NCBI GenBank assembly: GCA_035530075.1
Contig: DATKVM010000005.1
Coordinates: forward strand, 167,006-231,005
Direction of reading: 5' to 3'
DNA: 64,000 bases
Source of the DNA: Patescibacteria group bacterium
Lineage (GTDB): Bacteria; Patescibacteriota; Microgenomatia; UM-FILTER-40-11
Shown here: positions 1 through 9,077 of the stretch, one piece after another
How positions within the stretch are numbered: the stretch's first letter is position 1
Layout of the letters: each line of letters opens with the position of its first letter
The notes under the pieces: model-generated
Told to the model about the DNA's origin: nothing
Databases searched by the model: none
What the model saw: only the letters and a program-made list of their open reading frames with translations
Made by a program: the position numbers and the translations under genes

Positions 1-689
1 GGCTGGCCAAACCGACCCTCTCAACTGTCAGCGGAACCGTTATTAAACTTCTTGTCGGCTCAGGTCGGGAAACTCTCCGCCTCCTCGCTTTAGCCGGTTT
101 TACCATCGTTTTAGCCGCTCGCCGCTGGGCAAAAGATAAAGCCAAATCTGCTTTCCTTTTAGCCTGGTTTTGGACACCTTTAATTCTGACTTACTTTATC
201 TCCCAATTTTTCCAATCTGTCTTTTACGACCGTTACCTTTTGATTACCATTCCCGCCATAACCCTTTTAATTGCCTCCCATCGGCGGAAAGTTTCCTCTC
301 TCCTGCTCCTTGCCGCTATTTTTCTTCTAACCTTTTTGGATTGCCGTTATTTTCTACACCCCGACAAAAGACCGTTTAGAGATTTAGCCGATTTCATTAA
401 GAAGGAAGCTCCCCAACTGACTCTCATTAACTATAACGCCGCCGCTCATCACCTTTGGGAAAGCAAATATTATGGTTTACAGGCACCGATTTATTCTCCC
501 CAACCCCTCCCTTTTTATACGGGAACTGCCTTGATGGAAAAAAATGATGTTACTACTACTCTCCCCGTCCAACCTATTATTGGCATTATTGCCAGCTCCC
601 CAGTTGAGGAAGTTAAACTTAATGGTTATCATATGATAAAGGCCAAACAATTCGGCCAACTTTCTTTGCTATGGATGGAAAAAAATTAA
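1..689 (+). CDS. GT-C-like membrane glycosyltransferase, 5'-truncated by the window edge
   Basis: Frame of ORF 240..689 is open back to base 3 (LAKPTLS...FLLAWFWTPLILTYFISQFFQSVFYDRYLL); hydrophobic helices plus a 'YDRYLL' segment typical of PMT/ArnT-like C-terminal halves; abuts a second GT-C gene. Confidence 0.6.
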   Translation, partial: LAKPTLSTVSGTVIKLLVGSGRETLRLLALAGFTIVLAARRWAKDKAKSAFLLAWFWTPLILTYFISQFFQSVFYDRYLLITIPAITLLIASHRRKVSSLLLLAAIFLLTFLDCRYFLHPDKRPFRDLADFIKKEAPQLTLINYNAAAHHLWESKYYGLQAPIYSPQPLPFYTGTALMEKNDVTTTLPVQPIIGIIASSPVEEVKLNGYHMIKAKQFGQLSLLWMEKN

Positions 690-2161
690 GAACGTTTATT
701 GCCAGCCACTGGCTGTTAATCTTGCTGGGAATGGTTTTTCTCCTTCGGCTGCCCTCTCTTTTTGAGCCTTATTGGTATGGCGATGAGGGAATCTACCTGG
801 TTTTGGGCCAGGCAATCAAGAAAGGGCTTCTTTTGTATCGTGATATTTTTGATAATAAACCGCCCTTGATTTATCTTTTAGCAGCAGTGGCGGGAGGGAC
901 AATCTTTTGGTTTCGTTTTTTCCTTTTGGCTTCTGTTCTGGCCAGCATTTACCTTTTCTTCCAACTCTCCCGGAAACTTTTTCCCAGAGAGAAAAAGGCA
1001 ATTATCGTGGCAACCATCACCTTTGCCTTCTTGACCACTATCCGTAAATTCGAAGGGACAATTGCCAACTCAGAAATTTTCATTCTATTGCCAACAGTAG
1101 CCGGCCTTAATCTTATTTTTCATCTGCTGGAACAACGAGCTAGAAATTACAAAAGTTTTTTTATCGCCGGCCTAATTATGGGCCTGGCTCCTCTTTTAAA
1201 GATCCCGGCAGTTTTTGACTTTGCCGCGATTTTCCTTTTTCTGGCTCTTTTTCGGGCAAAAAACAGGTTTATTAGTTTGGGCAAAAAAGAGGTGCTTTTT
1301 TTGGTGGGCTATCTCCTGCCTCTTGTCTTAACCGGCCTTTTCTTTTTGGCCAGGGGTGCTTTTACCCCATTCTTTACTGCTTGTTTTAAGCAAACCTTTG
1401 GCTACCTTTTCTCCTGGGAAACTGGCTCCCATCTTTTTTCTCTTGCCTCCTTCGTCAAAAGTGACCTTCTGATAAGAAGCGGGCTACTTTTAGCCGGTCT
1501 GGGAATACTTTTCTTAAGAAGAAAGAGGCTTAGTCCACTCCTGATTTTTGTCCCCCTCTGGTTTATCTTCGCTCTCTTTGCCGCCACTCTTCCTGGCCGG
1601 CCTTATCCTCACTATCTTATTCAGGTAATCCCACCCTTTTCTCTCGCTGTTGGTCTTCTTTTTGCCAAAAAGGATTGGCTGAACCGACTTTTGGTCATCA
1701 GTCTTTTCGGACTTTTGGCCCTGAGTATTGTTCGCTACCATTTTTGGTCCTACGCCACCCTTTCCTATTACCAAAACTTCTTTCAATTCGCCTGCCGCCA
1801 AAAAAATAAAACTGCTTATTTTGCCTATTTCGGCCAAAAAACTCCTCAGCTTTATGAATTGGCACAATTTATTAATGAAAGTACTGGGCCGCAGGAAAAA
1901 ATCTTTATTTGGAGCAACGAACCACAACTTTATGCTCTCTCCCGCCGCCTGCCAATTGGGCCTTATACAGTTGCCTATCACATTCAAGACCTCCACCAAC
2001 AAAAAACTATTGCCACCCTTCTTGGTCAGCAAAAACCAAACCTCATCATTGTCAATCACCTTTTGCCTACTTTCACTGAACTGGAATCACTAGTTAACAA
2101 AGAATACCGAATAATAAAGGCAACTGAAGATTTTACGGTTTGGCAAAGGAGAAATCGCTAA
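671..2161 (+). CDS. GT-C fold (ArnT/PMT-like) membrane glycosyltransferase
   Basis: WYGDEGIY and LYRDIFDNKPP motifs in the first loop, many TM helices, YPHY motif. Confidence 0.8.
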   Translation: MDGKKLRTFIASHWLLILLGMVFLLRLPSLFEPYWYGDEGIYLVLGQAIKKGLLLYRDIFDNKPPLIYLLAAVAGGTIFWFRFFLLASVLASIYLFFQLSRKLFPREKKAIIVATITFAFLTTIRKFEGTIANSEIFILLPTVAGLNLIFHLLEQRARNYKSFFIAGLIMGLAPLLKIPAVFDFAAIFLFLALFRAKNRFISLGKKEVLFLVGYLLPLVLTGLFFLARGAFTPFFTACFKQTFGYLFSWETGSHLFSLASFVKSDLLIRSGLLLAGLGILFLRRKRLSPLLIFVPLWFIFALFAATLPGRPYPHYLIQVIPPFSLAVGLLFAKKDWLNRLLVISLFGLLALSIVRYHFWSYATLSYYQNFFQFACRQKNKTAYFAYFGQKTPQLYELAQFINESTGPQEKIFIWSNEPQLYALSRRLPIGPYTVAYHIQDLHQQKTIATLLGQQKPNLIIVNHLLPTFTELESLVNKEYRIIKATEDFTVWQRRNR

Positions 2162-2509
2162 ATGGTTTTCAGCCTCGGTCAAGACAAAATTCTTTCCCGG
2201 TTGTTTGCGGCTAATTTAATTTTGGTGGCTCTTGATTTGCTGACTGTTTTTTTCAAAAGAGGCAGTCTTCCCGAAAAGGTTCCCCTTTTCTACAGCCGGC
2301 CATGGGGCCAAGAACAGCTGGCAGCCAAAGATTTTCTCTTTCTGATTCCTCTTTTTTCCTTCCTAATCCTTCTTCTCAATTACTACCTCGCCTTGATTTT
2401 ACTCAAAAAAAAGGAAAAGTTTTTGGCCATCCTAGGTGGTAGCTTTGCTCTCCTTTTTTCTGTTTTAGGAGCAATTACGCTTTGGAAAATTATTTTTCTT
2501 GTTTCTTAA
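2162..2509 (+). CDS. Small three-TM membrane protein (DUF1648-like)
   Basis: LPEKVPLFYSRPWG loop between hydrophobic helices; starts immediately after the upstream stop. Confidence 0.65.
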   Translation: MVFSLGQDKILSRLFAANLILVALDLLTVFFKRGSLPEKVPLFYSRPWGQEQLAAKDFLFLIPLFSFLILLLNYYLALILLKKKEKFLAILGGSFALLFSVLGAITLWKIIFLVS

Positions 2510-2510
2510 A

Positions 2511-3617
2511 ATGGACTGGTCCTTTTTGAATTATGTTCTTCCCCTTCTGCTCGCCGCTTTGGTCAGTTTTTTTTCCACCCCTCTTATTATTTTACTTTTA
2601 AAAAAATGGCGGGTGATTGACGACCCGACCAGACATAAACATCCTAAAGTAACCCATACTTATCCTGTTCCCCGTGGTGGCGGCTTGCCGATTTTTTTAG
2701 GTTTGCTCTCCTCCCTCTTCTTTCTCCCTCTCGACAAGCATCTCCGCGGCATTCTTCTGGGGGCAACTGTAGCTCTTTTAGTCGGCCTCCTGGATGACAA
2801 ATTTGAAGAAAAGATCCATCCCTACATCAGGTGGATCAGTAATTTAGTGGCGGCAGGACTAGTCGTCGCGGCGGGAATTGGCATTGCCTTTATCAACAAT
2901 CCTTTTGGCGGCTTGATCCATCTCGATTCCCCCCAGATTTGCTTTTCCTTTTTAGGAGGAAGCCACTGTATCTGGCTGTTGGCCGACCTTCTGGCTATCC
3001 TCTGGATTGCCTGGACGATGAATTTTATCGGCTGGTCAGGCGGAGTTGAAGGACAATTGCCCGGCATTGTCGTCGTGGCGGCTTTGACTATTGCCGGGCT
3101 AAGTTTGCGGTTTTCGGCTGACATTACTCAATGGCCGGTAATTGTTTTGGCTTTAATCGTGGCCGGCAGTTACTTGGGCTTTCTGCCCTGGAACTTTTAT
3201 CCTCAAAAAATTATGCCCGGCTATGGAGGAAAAACCTTAGCCGGCTTTATGCTGGCAGTTTTATCTATTCTTTCCACCGCCAAAATTGCCACTTTAATGC
3301 TGGTTTTGGCTATTCCCCTAATTGATGCCACTTATTTAGTGGTAAAAAGGCTCGCCTCGGGGAAAGCCCCTTTTTGGGGAAGCAGAGAGCACCTTCATCA
3401 TCGTTTACTTTCAATTGGCTGGGGCAAGCGCCGGATTGCTCTCTTTTATTGGCTCTTGACGGCAATCTTAGGTTTTCTGGCGTTGAATTTGAATAGTCAA
3501 CAAAAGTTTTATACAATGTTTATGTTAATAATCGCGTTTTTAGCGGGAACTTTGTGGTTACATTATCTCTCAACCTCCTTAAGACCGCGCGGCCAAAACA
3601 ATGGCTCAAAAATTTAA
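2511..3617 (+). CDS. Polyprenyl-phosphate N-acetylhexosamine-1-phosphate transferase (WecA/TagO/MraY family)
   Basis: VPRGGG, GLLDD, WNFYPQKIMPG and HLHHRL motifs; ATG 2511 preferred over TTG 2499. Confidence 0.88.
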   Translation: MDWSFLNYVLPLLLAALVSFFSTPLIILLLKKWRVIDDPTRHKHPKVTHTYPVPRGGGLPIFLGLLSSLFFLPLDKHLRGILLGATVALLVGLLDDKFEEKIHPYIRWISNLVAAGLVVAAGIGIAFINNPFGGLIHLDSPQICFSFLGGSHCIWLLADLLAILWIAWTMNFIGWSGGVEGQLPGIVVVAALTIAGLSLRFSADITQWPVIVLALIVAGSYLGFLPWNFYPQKIMPGYGGKTLAGFMLAVLSILSTAKIATLMLVLAIPLIDATYLVVKRLASGKAPFWGSREHLHHRLLSIGWGKRRIALFYWLLTAILGFLALNLNSQQKFYTMFMLIIAFLAGTLWLHYLSTSLRPRGQNNGSKI

Positions 3618-4489
3618 GCCTGGCGGCGCCTTTGTTTTTTTCCGGTCGGTTATTTCATCGCCCTAGTTTTCTGGTCGTCCTTTGGGCGGTAATTGTCTTT
3701 TCCCTTTTAACCTCTTCTTCTTACTTTATCAATGATATTGTCGACTACTCCCGTGACCGGCTCCACCCTTTTAAAAAATTCCGACCGATTGCTTCGGGCG
3801 AGCTCCCTATTCCCCTGGCCGCCTTTTTCGCCATGATAGGTATTTTTATCAGCTTTTATTTTGCCTTTCAGTTTTCCTTCTTTTTTTTCTTAGTTTGTTT
3901 AACCTACTTTGCCCTTCAGATTGTCTACTCATTTTACTTAAAGCACTTAGTTATTTTGGATGTTTTTTCCATTGCTGCCAGTTTCATCTTGCGCATTTAT
4001 GCCGGCGCCATCGTTCTTAATTACCATATTTCTATTTGGTTTTTGCTTTGCGTTACTTCTCTGGCTCTCTTCTTAGCCGTCGGTAAAAGGCGGGCAGAAT
4101 TAGCTATTTTAAGCAAAGAAAGCGCTCCCGCTCACCGCAAAACTTTAACCCACTATTCCCCCACTCTTTTAGACAATTACCTTGCCACCTTCGCTGCCTC
4201 AACCTGGTTATCCTGGGCTTTCTTTACTTTCTTAGAATCTCCGCCAATTGTTTTCGGCCCTTTACTTTCAACCACTATTTTGCCCCTCACTATTTCCGGC
4301 ACTAACAAATGGCTAATGATTACTATTCCCGTTGTCATCTACGGCCTTATGCGTTATATGAATATTATTTATGGGGGTTCTCGGGCCGAGTCTCCCGAAA
4401 GAGTTCTTCTTTCGGATAAACCACTTTTAGGAGCAGTACTTCTTTGGGGATTTTTAGTCGTCTGGGTAATTTACGGCGTTGGCCGGTAA
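3554..4489 (+). CDS. UbiA-family polyprenyl-phosphate phosphoribosyltransferase (DPPR synthase-like)
   Basis: RPKQWLKN, YFINDIVD..RDRLHPFKKFRPIASG, GKRRAEL and ESPERVLLSD motifs. Confidence 0.88.
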   Translation: MVTLSLNLLKTARPKQWLKNLSLAAPLFFSGRLFHRPSFLVVLWAVIVFSLLTSSSYFINDIVDYSRDRLHPFKKFRPIASGELPIPLAAFFAMIGIFISFYFAFQFSFFFFLVCLTYFALQIVYSFYLKHLVILDVFSIAASFILRIYAGAIVLNYHISIWFLLCVTSLALFLAVGKRRAELAILSKESAPAHRKTLTHYSPTLLDNYLATFAASTWLSWAFFTFLESPPIVFGPLLSTTILPLTISGTNKWLMITIPVVIYGLMRYMNIIYGGSRAESPERVLLSDKPLLGAVLLWGFLVVWVIYGVGR

Positions 4490-4492
4490 ACC

Positions 4493-5353
4493 TTAAAGCT
4501 TACTGGCATATTGCCCCGAAATCCAGCCGGTTTTCTCTTCTTCGTATTCGATCTTATACCAACCGGATTTTTCTTCAAGCAAAGGATACTTTTCGCCCGG
4601 ATTAACTTTGGCTACTTCGGTGGAGGTAGTGCTGGGACCGCTTCTCACTCGTAACCACCCGGTCGGAGTCTCTTTAATTAAGACTTCGCCGGAAGCGGGC
4701 TGGCTCTTGTCTGACGGTGTGGGTGTAATTTGCTTCTTGTCAGCCACCGTTGGTGTCGGGGTTCCAGACAAAGAAGCTACCGGCACCTCGTCCAATTCCT
4801 GAGCCAATTTCGCGTTTACAATTAATTTAAAACCGGTAACGGCCTTCGCCTTAATACTTTTTTCCACGAAACCTTCCTTGGAAATAACAATCTGATGATC
4901 ACCTTCTCCAATTTTCTCCACCGTTAACGGCGTAAAGCCTTTCGCTTCACCGTCCAGATGAACCAAAGCTCCATCTGGATCAGAAATTAAGGAAAAAGAG
5001 GCGGCTTTTTTGTCTTTCAATCGCTCCAGCGTTAATACTTGACCCGAAGAACCGGCTTCACTGGTGGCAAAATCTCTTTCAATTAAAGTTAAAACGCCAT
5101 TGCTCAATTTCACTTTTCCCTCCCAAGAAGCGAGAGGTGCGGTCGCTGATTCGGGGATTAATTTTAAGGAGATTTCTCCCGCTTTGAGGTCACTACTTTG
5201 ATAAGGAGTTTTTCCGGTTAATTTGCCATCAATAAAGACATTAGCAATAGGAGTAGTATTAATCTGCAGGGCGGCCGGCGACTTTTTTAGAGAACAGCCG
5301 GTAAGTAAACCCCCGCAAAGAAGGAAGCTGACAAAGACAAGTATCTTCTTCAT
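4493..5353 (-). CDS. Lipoprotein with PEGA domains and a C-terminal bacterial SH3 domain
   Basis: LTGC lipobox; ANVFIDG..GKTP and GALVHLDG..GFTP PEGA repeats; LRVRSGPS...GWYKI...GWIS SH3b. Confidence 0.85.
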   Translation of the reverse strand: MKKILVFVSFLLCGGLLTGCSLKKSPAALQINTTPIANVFIDGKLTGKTPYQSSDLKAGEISLKLIPESATAPLASWEGKVKLSNGVLTLIERDFATSEAGSSGQVLTLERLKDKKAASFSLISDPDGALVHLDGEAKGFTPLTVEKIGEGDHQIVISKEGFVEKSIKAKAVTGFKLIVNAKLAQELDEVPVASLSGTPTPTVADKKQITPTPSDKSQPASGEVLIKETPTGWLRVRSGPSTTSTEVAKVNPGEKYPLLEEKSGWYKIEYEEEKTGWISGQYASKL

Positions 5354-5404
5354 CTTAAGCACTATACCATATGACCGATAGAACTGACAAGGCTATTTTT
5401 GAGT

Positions 5405-6031
5405 TTAATTTTCCTCGCTCGTTTCCCCCTCGGTTCCCTCGGCTCTTTCTTTCAGCAAATGCACTATTCCCGGTATTACTGAGGCCAAAATAATCAGGGC
5501 GACAATCGGCAAAAGATAGCGGTCAACATTGGGAATTAAGCTGCCCAAGAAGAATCCGGCAATGGTCATACCGAAAGCCCATAGAATTCCCCCCAGAACA
5601 TTAAAAAAGAAAAAATGGCGATACTCCATCTTGCCAATACCGGCGGCAATCGGCACAAAGGTTCTCACCGCCGGGATAAAGCGGGCCAAGACTAAAGCTT
5701 TGCCGCCGTGCTTAGCAAAAAACTTTTGGGCCCTTACGAGATTTTTTTTCTGAAAGAAAAAAGACTCTTTTTGCTTAAGCAACCACCCCCCTAATTTCGT
5801 TCCCGTCCAAAAGCCGGCATTGTCCCCACCGATGGCGGCGACAATCAGTAAAGGAATTAAAAGGTGAATATTAAAAAAACCCTGAGAAGCGAGAAAACCG
5901 GCGGTAAAAAGGAGGCTGTCTCCCGGTAAGAAAAAGCCAAAGAAAAGCCCGGATTCGGCAAAAACCATAAAGAAAAGACCGAAGTAGCCAAAGGTTTTAA
6001 TAATTTGAATTAAATCGAGATGTGGCAACAT
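5405..6031 (-). CDS. DedA/VTT family membrane protein
   Basis: FAESGLFFGFFLPGDSLLFTAG and ARFIPAVRTF motifs. Confidence 0.93.
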   Translation of the reverse strand: MLPHLDLIQIIKTFGYFGLFFMVFAESGLFFGFFLPGDSLLFTAGFLASQGFFNIHLLIPLLIVAAIGGDNAGFWTGTKLGGWLLKQKESFFFQKKNLVRAQKFFAKHGGKALVLARFIPAVRTFVPIAAGIGKMEYRHFFFFNVLGGILWAFGMTIAGFFLGSLIPNVDRYLLPIVALIILASVIPGIVHLLKERAEGTEGETSEEN

Positions 6032-6076
6032 CTCTCCATCTTAACCGAAGCTAATCTTAGTTTCAAGAAGGATAAT

Positions 6077-6106
6077 TGACTTTGCTTTCCGAGGCTGAAT
6101 AGGATA
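6077..6106 (+). promoter_or_regulatory. Putative sigma70 promoter for the tRNA-Cys locus
   Basis: TTGACT-N18-TAGGAT upstream of the structured region and tRNAs. Confidence 0.45.
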
Positions 6107-6259
6107 AACTATACATATAAACGCTAGTCCATTCGGCAAGAAGTAGAGCGGAATTAGAATAGGTTATAGATTATCTTGGCGGAAAGGTTCGAGCGAAGAT
6201 CTGCCAAGATACCTTGTAAGGAAAAGTTTGCGAAAAACCAGAGGTTTTTCGCATGACAA

Positions 6260-6485
6260 GACCTGGTAGCCAAGTAGTAAGGCAGCGGTCTGCCCGCCCG
6301 CTTTCGCCAACGCGATCGCGTAGCCAAGTAGTAAGGCAAGTGTCTGCAAAACACTTATGCGTGGGTGCAATTCCCACCGCGATCTCAAGGAAGCTCAAGC
6401 GTTGGCGGGCGGGCAAAACCGCTATTTGAACGAAGTGAAAGCAAGCTATGCTTATGCGCGAGTGCAATTCTCGCCGTGGTCTCCA
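6260..6485 (+). tRNA. Interrupted or pseudo tRNA-Cys(GCA), outer copy enclosing the intact tRNA
   Basis: 5' part 6260-6293 (GACCTGG, same D arm, GCGGT-CTGC); resumes 6415 (AAA-ACCGC); T arm GCGAG-TGCAATT-CTCGC; ends CGTGGTC-T-CCA. Acceptor stem has 2 mismatches; 121-nt and 30-nt insertions. Confidence 0.6.
6314..6385 (+). tRNA. tRNA-Cys(GCA), intact inner copy, CCA not encoded
   Basis: Acceptor GATCGCG/CGCGATC, D arm TAGCCAAGTAGTAAGGC, anticodon arm AGTGT-CTGCAAA-ACACT, T arm GTGGG-TGCAATT-CCCAC, discriminator T. Confidence 0.92.
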
Positions 6486-6878
6486 ATGAAATTGAAAATT
6501 AAAAAAGGAAATTTCAATCTGGAAACAGTACCCTTCAAAGGCTGGGTTCTGGGTCATTTCATCGATAAAAGCTCTCCTTTTTATAACGTTGATTTCGAGA
6601 TTAAGTGGGCACGACATCATAAAGGAGAGATCAAAGAAGCAAGATTAGAAACACCCGCCAGAACCTTATCAATCTTGATCTCCGGCAAGCAGATTACCAA
6701 ATTTTTTTCCACCGATGAAGAAGTTGTTCTGGAGAATGAAGGTGATTACCTTTTTTATCAGCCAAATGTCCCCCATGTTAATGAATATCCAAAAGACACT
6801 CTGCTTTTGGTCATCCGTTGGCCCTCTATTCCTATCCAAAAACAAATAATTCTTCTTCCGCCGAAGAGTTATTCTTGA
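6486..6878 (+). CDS. Cupin-like beta-barrel protein
   Basis: GWVLGHF..FEIKWARH..LSILISG..GDYLFY..H..VIRWPS; the ORF-track start 6357 lies inside the tRNA, so ATG 6486 is the plausible start. Confidence 0.65.
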   Translation: MKLKIKKGNFNLETVPFKGWVLGHFIDKSSPFYNVDFEIKWARHHKGEIKEARLETPARTLSILISGKQITKFFSTDEEVVLENEGDYLFYQPNVPHVNEYPKDTLLLVIRWPSIPIQKQIILLPPKSYS

Positions 6879-7456
6879 AGGTCGAATTCCTTAATCAGCT
6901 CGTCCCGCAGATAAACGCCGCAAACCCGCAAGACATCAGCCATATTTTTACCTGAAGTAAATGCGTATTTCTTTACTGGCTTTAACAGAGGATCGCTTGC
7001 CATCTCCACGATGGCCATAAACGCGGCCTCCTGCGCTTCATATTTCAGTTTTATATTGTGGCTCGAAACCAGTTTCAAAAACTTTTCTCGGTTTCTCTTA
7101 TAAATCGTCAAAAAACTGCTCTCTAAAAGCAGCTTTTCCCCTTGCTTAGTCAGTTTAATTGGGCTTTTATAATGAAGAAAGCGGTTAGTCGAAGAAGTAG
7201 AGCCAAGGAAAAGATAGCTTTTGAGAAACTTTTCAATCGAGCCGACTTTCCCCCGAATATAGTTAACGTCCTCTTTTAAATCATCAATATCCTTTTCAAT
7301 CTCCCCTACCCGGGCTGCGTTCTTCGCCATTCTGGAAAAACCGCGGAACACCAGAAAGCTTAATCCCGTCAGCCCAGATATCGGCAGCCAAAAATCCTTG
7401 ACAAAGAGTAAGGTAGAGGAAACGGTATAACCGGATGGTGTCGTTACGAGCGGCAT
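6869..7456 (-). CDS. Hypothetical protein (TM, short coiled coil, SPIKLTKQGEKLL segment)
   Basis: 195-aa ORF with TM and coiled-coil pattern; no function recognised. Confidence 0.65.
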   Translation of the reverse strand: MPLVTTPSGYTVSSTLLFVKDFWLPISGLTGLSFLVFRGFSRMAKNAARVGEIEKDIDDLKEDVNYIRGKVGSIEKFLKSYLFLGSTSSTNRFLHYKSPIKLTKQGEKLLLESSFLTIYKRNREKFLKLVSSHNIKLKYEAQEAAFMAIVEMASDPLLKPVKKYAFTSGKNMADVLRVCGVYLRDELIKEFDLQE

Positions 7457-7586
7457 AAAAACCCAACGCTTCCATTCTTACACAAATGTTTCAAAAAACA
7501 CAAGGGGGTTTTGAGGTCAAAGATTTTCCTTGCCGTTTTTGGTTATTTGGTTATACTGGACTAATCGGGAAAGGGGGTGAGGAAAA

Positions 7587-7961
7587 ATGGCAGGATTTGT
7601 CACTAATATTGAAGAAGCAACCGAAAAAAACGAAAATTACCGCCAGGTTTTGTTTACTGCTCCTCACAGCCAGTTGGTTTTAATGACTTTGCAACCGGGT
7701 GAAGAGATTGGGATGGAGGTCCATCCGAATGTCGACCAATTTTTTCGCTTTGAGGAAGGTGAAGGGAAAGTAATTATCGATGGCGAAGAGCACGAGATTA
7801 AAGATGGCTTTGCCATAGTGGTCCCAGCCGGTAGTCAGCATAATATTATCAACACTTCCACTACCGAAGCCTTAAAGCTTTATACGATTTATTCCCCAGC
7901 CCAGCACCCGGACGGAACAATTCATGGAACTAAAGCGGAAGCGGTGGCTAAGGGAGATTAA
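7587..7961 (+). CDS. Cupin domain protein
   Basis: EIGMEVHPNVDQFF..G and VPAGSQHNIIN cupin motifs; strong SD (GGGGGTGAGG); upstream TTGCCG..TATACT promoter. Confidence 0.9.
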   Translation: MAGFVTNIEEATEKNENYRQVLFTAPHSQLVLMTLQPGEEIGMEVHPNVDQFFRFEEGEGKVIIDGEEHEIKDGFAIVVPAGSQHNIINTSTTEALKLYTIYSPAQHPDGTIHGTKAEAVAKGD

Positions 7962-8200
7962 GGGCGGCGAAAATCAGAACCCTCAAACTCTTTTCCATAA
8001 AGAAGTGTAGTTGTAGAATAACCTGCTTCGTTTAAATATTTCGCTACTAAGAAAGCCGCTTTCTTTAAAGGGATATCAGGCCGGAGAGTAACCACTCCCG
8101 CTGTGCCGATATCTTCCACCATCACATAAACACTCTTTCCCACCAGGTGATCTCCTTCCCAGTGTTCCGTCGGTACCAGAGTTAATCTTTCCCTCGACAT
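7958..8200 (-). CDS. Small hypothetical protein (cassette 1)
   Basis: MSRERL start at 8200 lies 6 nt after TGGTATAAT; upstream extension in the ORF track crosses the repeat and the next gene. Confidence 0.6.
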   Translation of the reverse strand: MSRERLTLVPTEHWEGDHLVGKSVYVMVEDIGTAGVVTLRPDIPLKKAAFLVAKYLNEAGYSTTTLLYGKEFEGSDFRRP

Positions 8201-8234
8201 AGCTGGATTATACCAAAAGCTCAGGCGGCAAAAA

Positions 8235-9011
8235 TTAGGGTTTTGCCATTTCAGGAAAGCACAAACCAAAATTATTCGTTTTTACAAACTGGTTTTTATA
8301 CATGGGGTGGGGCTCCGATTCTCCCTTGCTTCCGCCGCCTTTATACCAAACCCTATCCTGATTATGCTCATCCACCCAAAGCAAAGCCTTCGAGTTATAC
8401 ATCTCTGGATCTTTAAAAAAGTTGTTTTTTAAAAGGATAAAAAACCAAAAGTAATTAGATGGTTTATCAAAACCCTTTTCGTCTTCAAAGTACCTTATCA
8501 CCTGTTTATGATCTCCAACAACTCCCTCTACATCCTTGACTTTATTTTTCAGGTATTCCACCCGAATTTCTAAAGCATTAAGAGGAATTCCTTCTTTTTC
8601 AAAATGCAGATTATGCATTGGGTCAATTACCAGCCATTTTTGAAACTGGTTTGACCAAATGTCCGTAACGCCGTGGTGCCTTTCCTCTTCCCCCTGTCGG
8701 TGGTTATAATCCACCCCAAGCTTCCGGCAGTACCAGCCCAAAGCCGTCGCGCATTGCAAAAGGGCCAAAGAATAATGAGAGCAATAAAACTCCCCCTCTC
8801 GGGCGTCTCTCAAAATTTCAATTGCATTTTGATAACCTGGTTTAGGATTATTCCCGTGCGGAAGCGTCTGATAAACCCAGTCTTTGAGAAGCAGCTGCTT
8901 CTCAAATTCATTCCTTCCACTCTCCACCACTTTCTCCAGTTGAAATTCATTTCTAAGTTGAAGCGCCAGCGGATGATTAAAATGTTCCCAGACAAACTTT
9001 GGAATATCCAT
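8235..9011 (-). CDS. Transglutaminase-like domain protein (cassette 2)
   Basis: YCSHYS ... HGVTDIW ... KWLVIDP gives a Cys-His-Asp triad pattern. Confidence 0.8.
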   Translation of the reverse strand: MDIPKFVWEHFNHPLALQLRNEFQLEKVVESGRNEFEKQLLLKDWVYQTLPHGNNPKPGYQNAIEILRDAREGEFYCSHYSLALLQCATALGWYCRKLGVDYNHRQGEEERHHGVTDIWSNQFQKWLVIDPMHNLHFEKEGIPLNALEIRVEYLKNKVKDVEGVVGDHKQVIRYFEDEKGFDKPSNYFWFFILLKNNFFKDPEMYNSKALLWVDEHNQDRVWYKGGGSKGESEPHPMYKNQFVKTNNFGLCFPEMAKP

Positions 9012-9077
9012 TACCTAATTCTACCAAATCATCCGGCGGCAAAAATTAGGGGATAAAATATCTGATAAAATCAAAGT

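Noticed and set aside
6260-6485. Group I intron or archaeal bulge-helix-bulge intron in the outer tRNA
   Set aside because: Insertion is only 121 nt, mostly the inner tRNA; no group I core or BHB geometry visible
6154-6620. ORF-track entries 6154-6354, 6164-6388, 6171-6620 and the 6357 start
   Set aside because: They overlap the tRNA-Cys sequences; the repeated peptide is just the duplicated D arm
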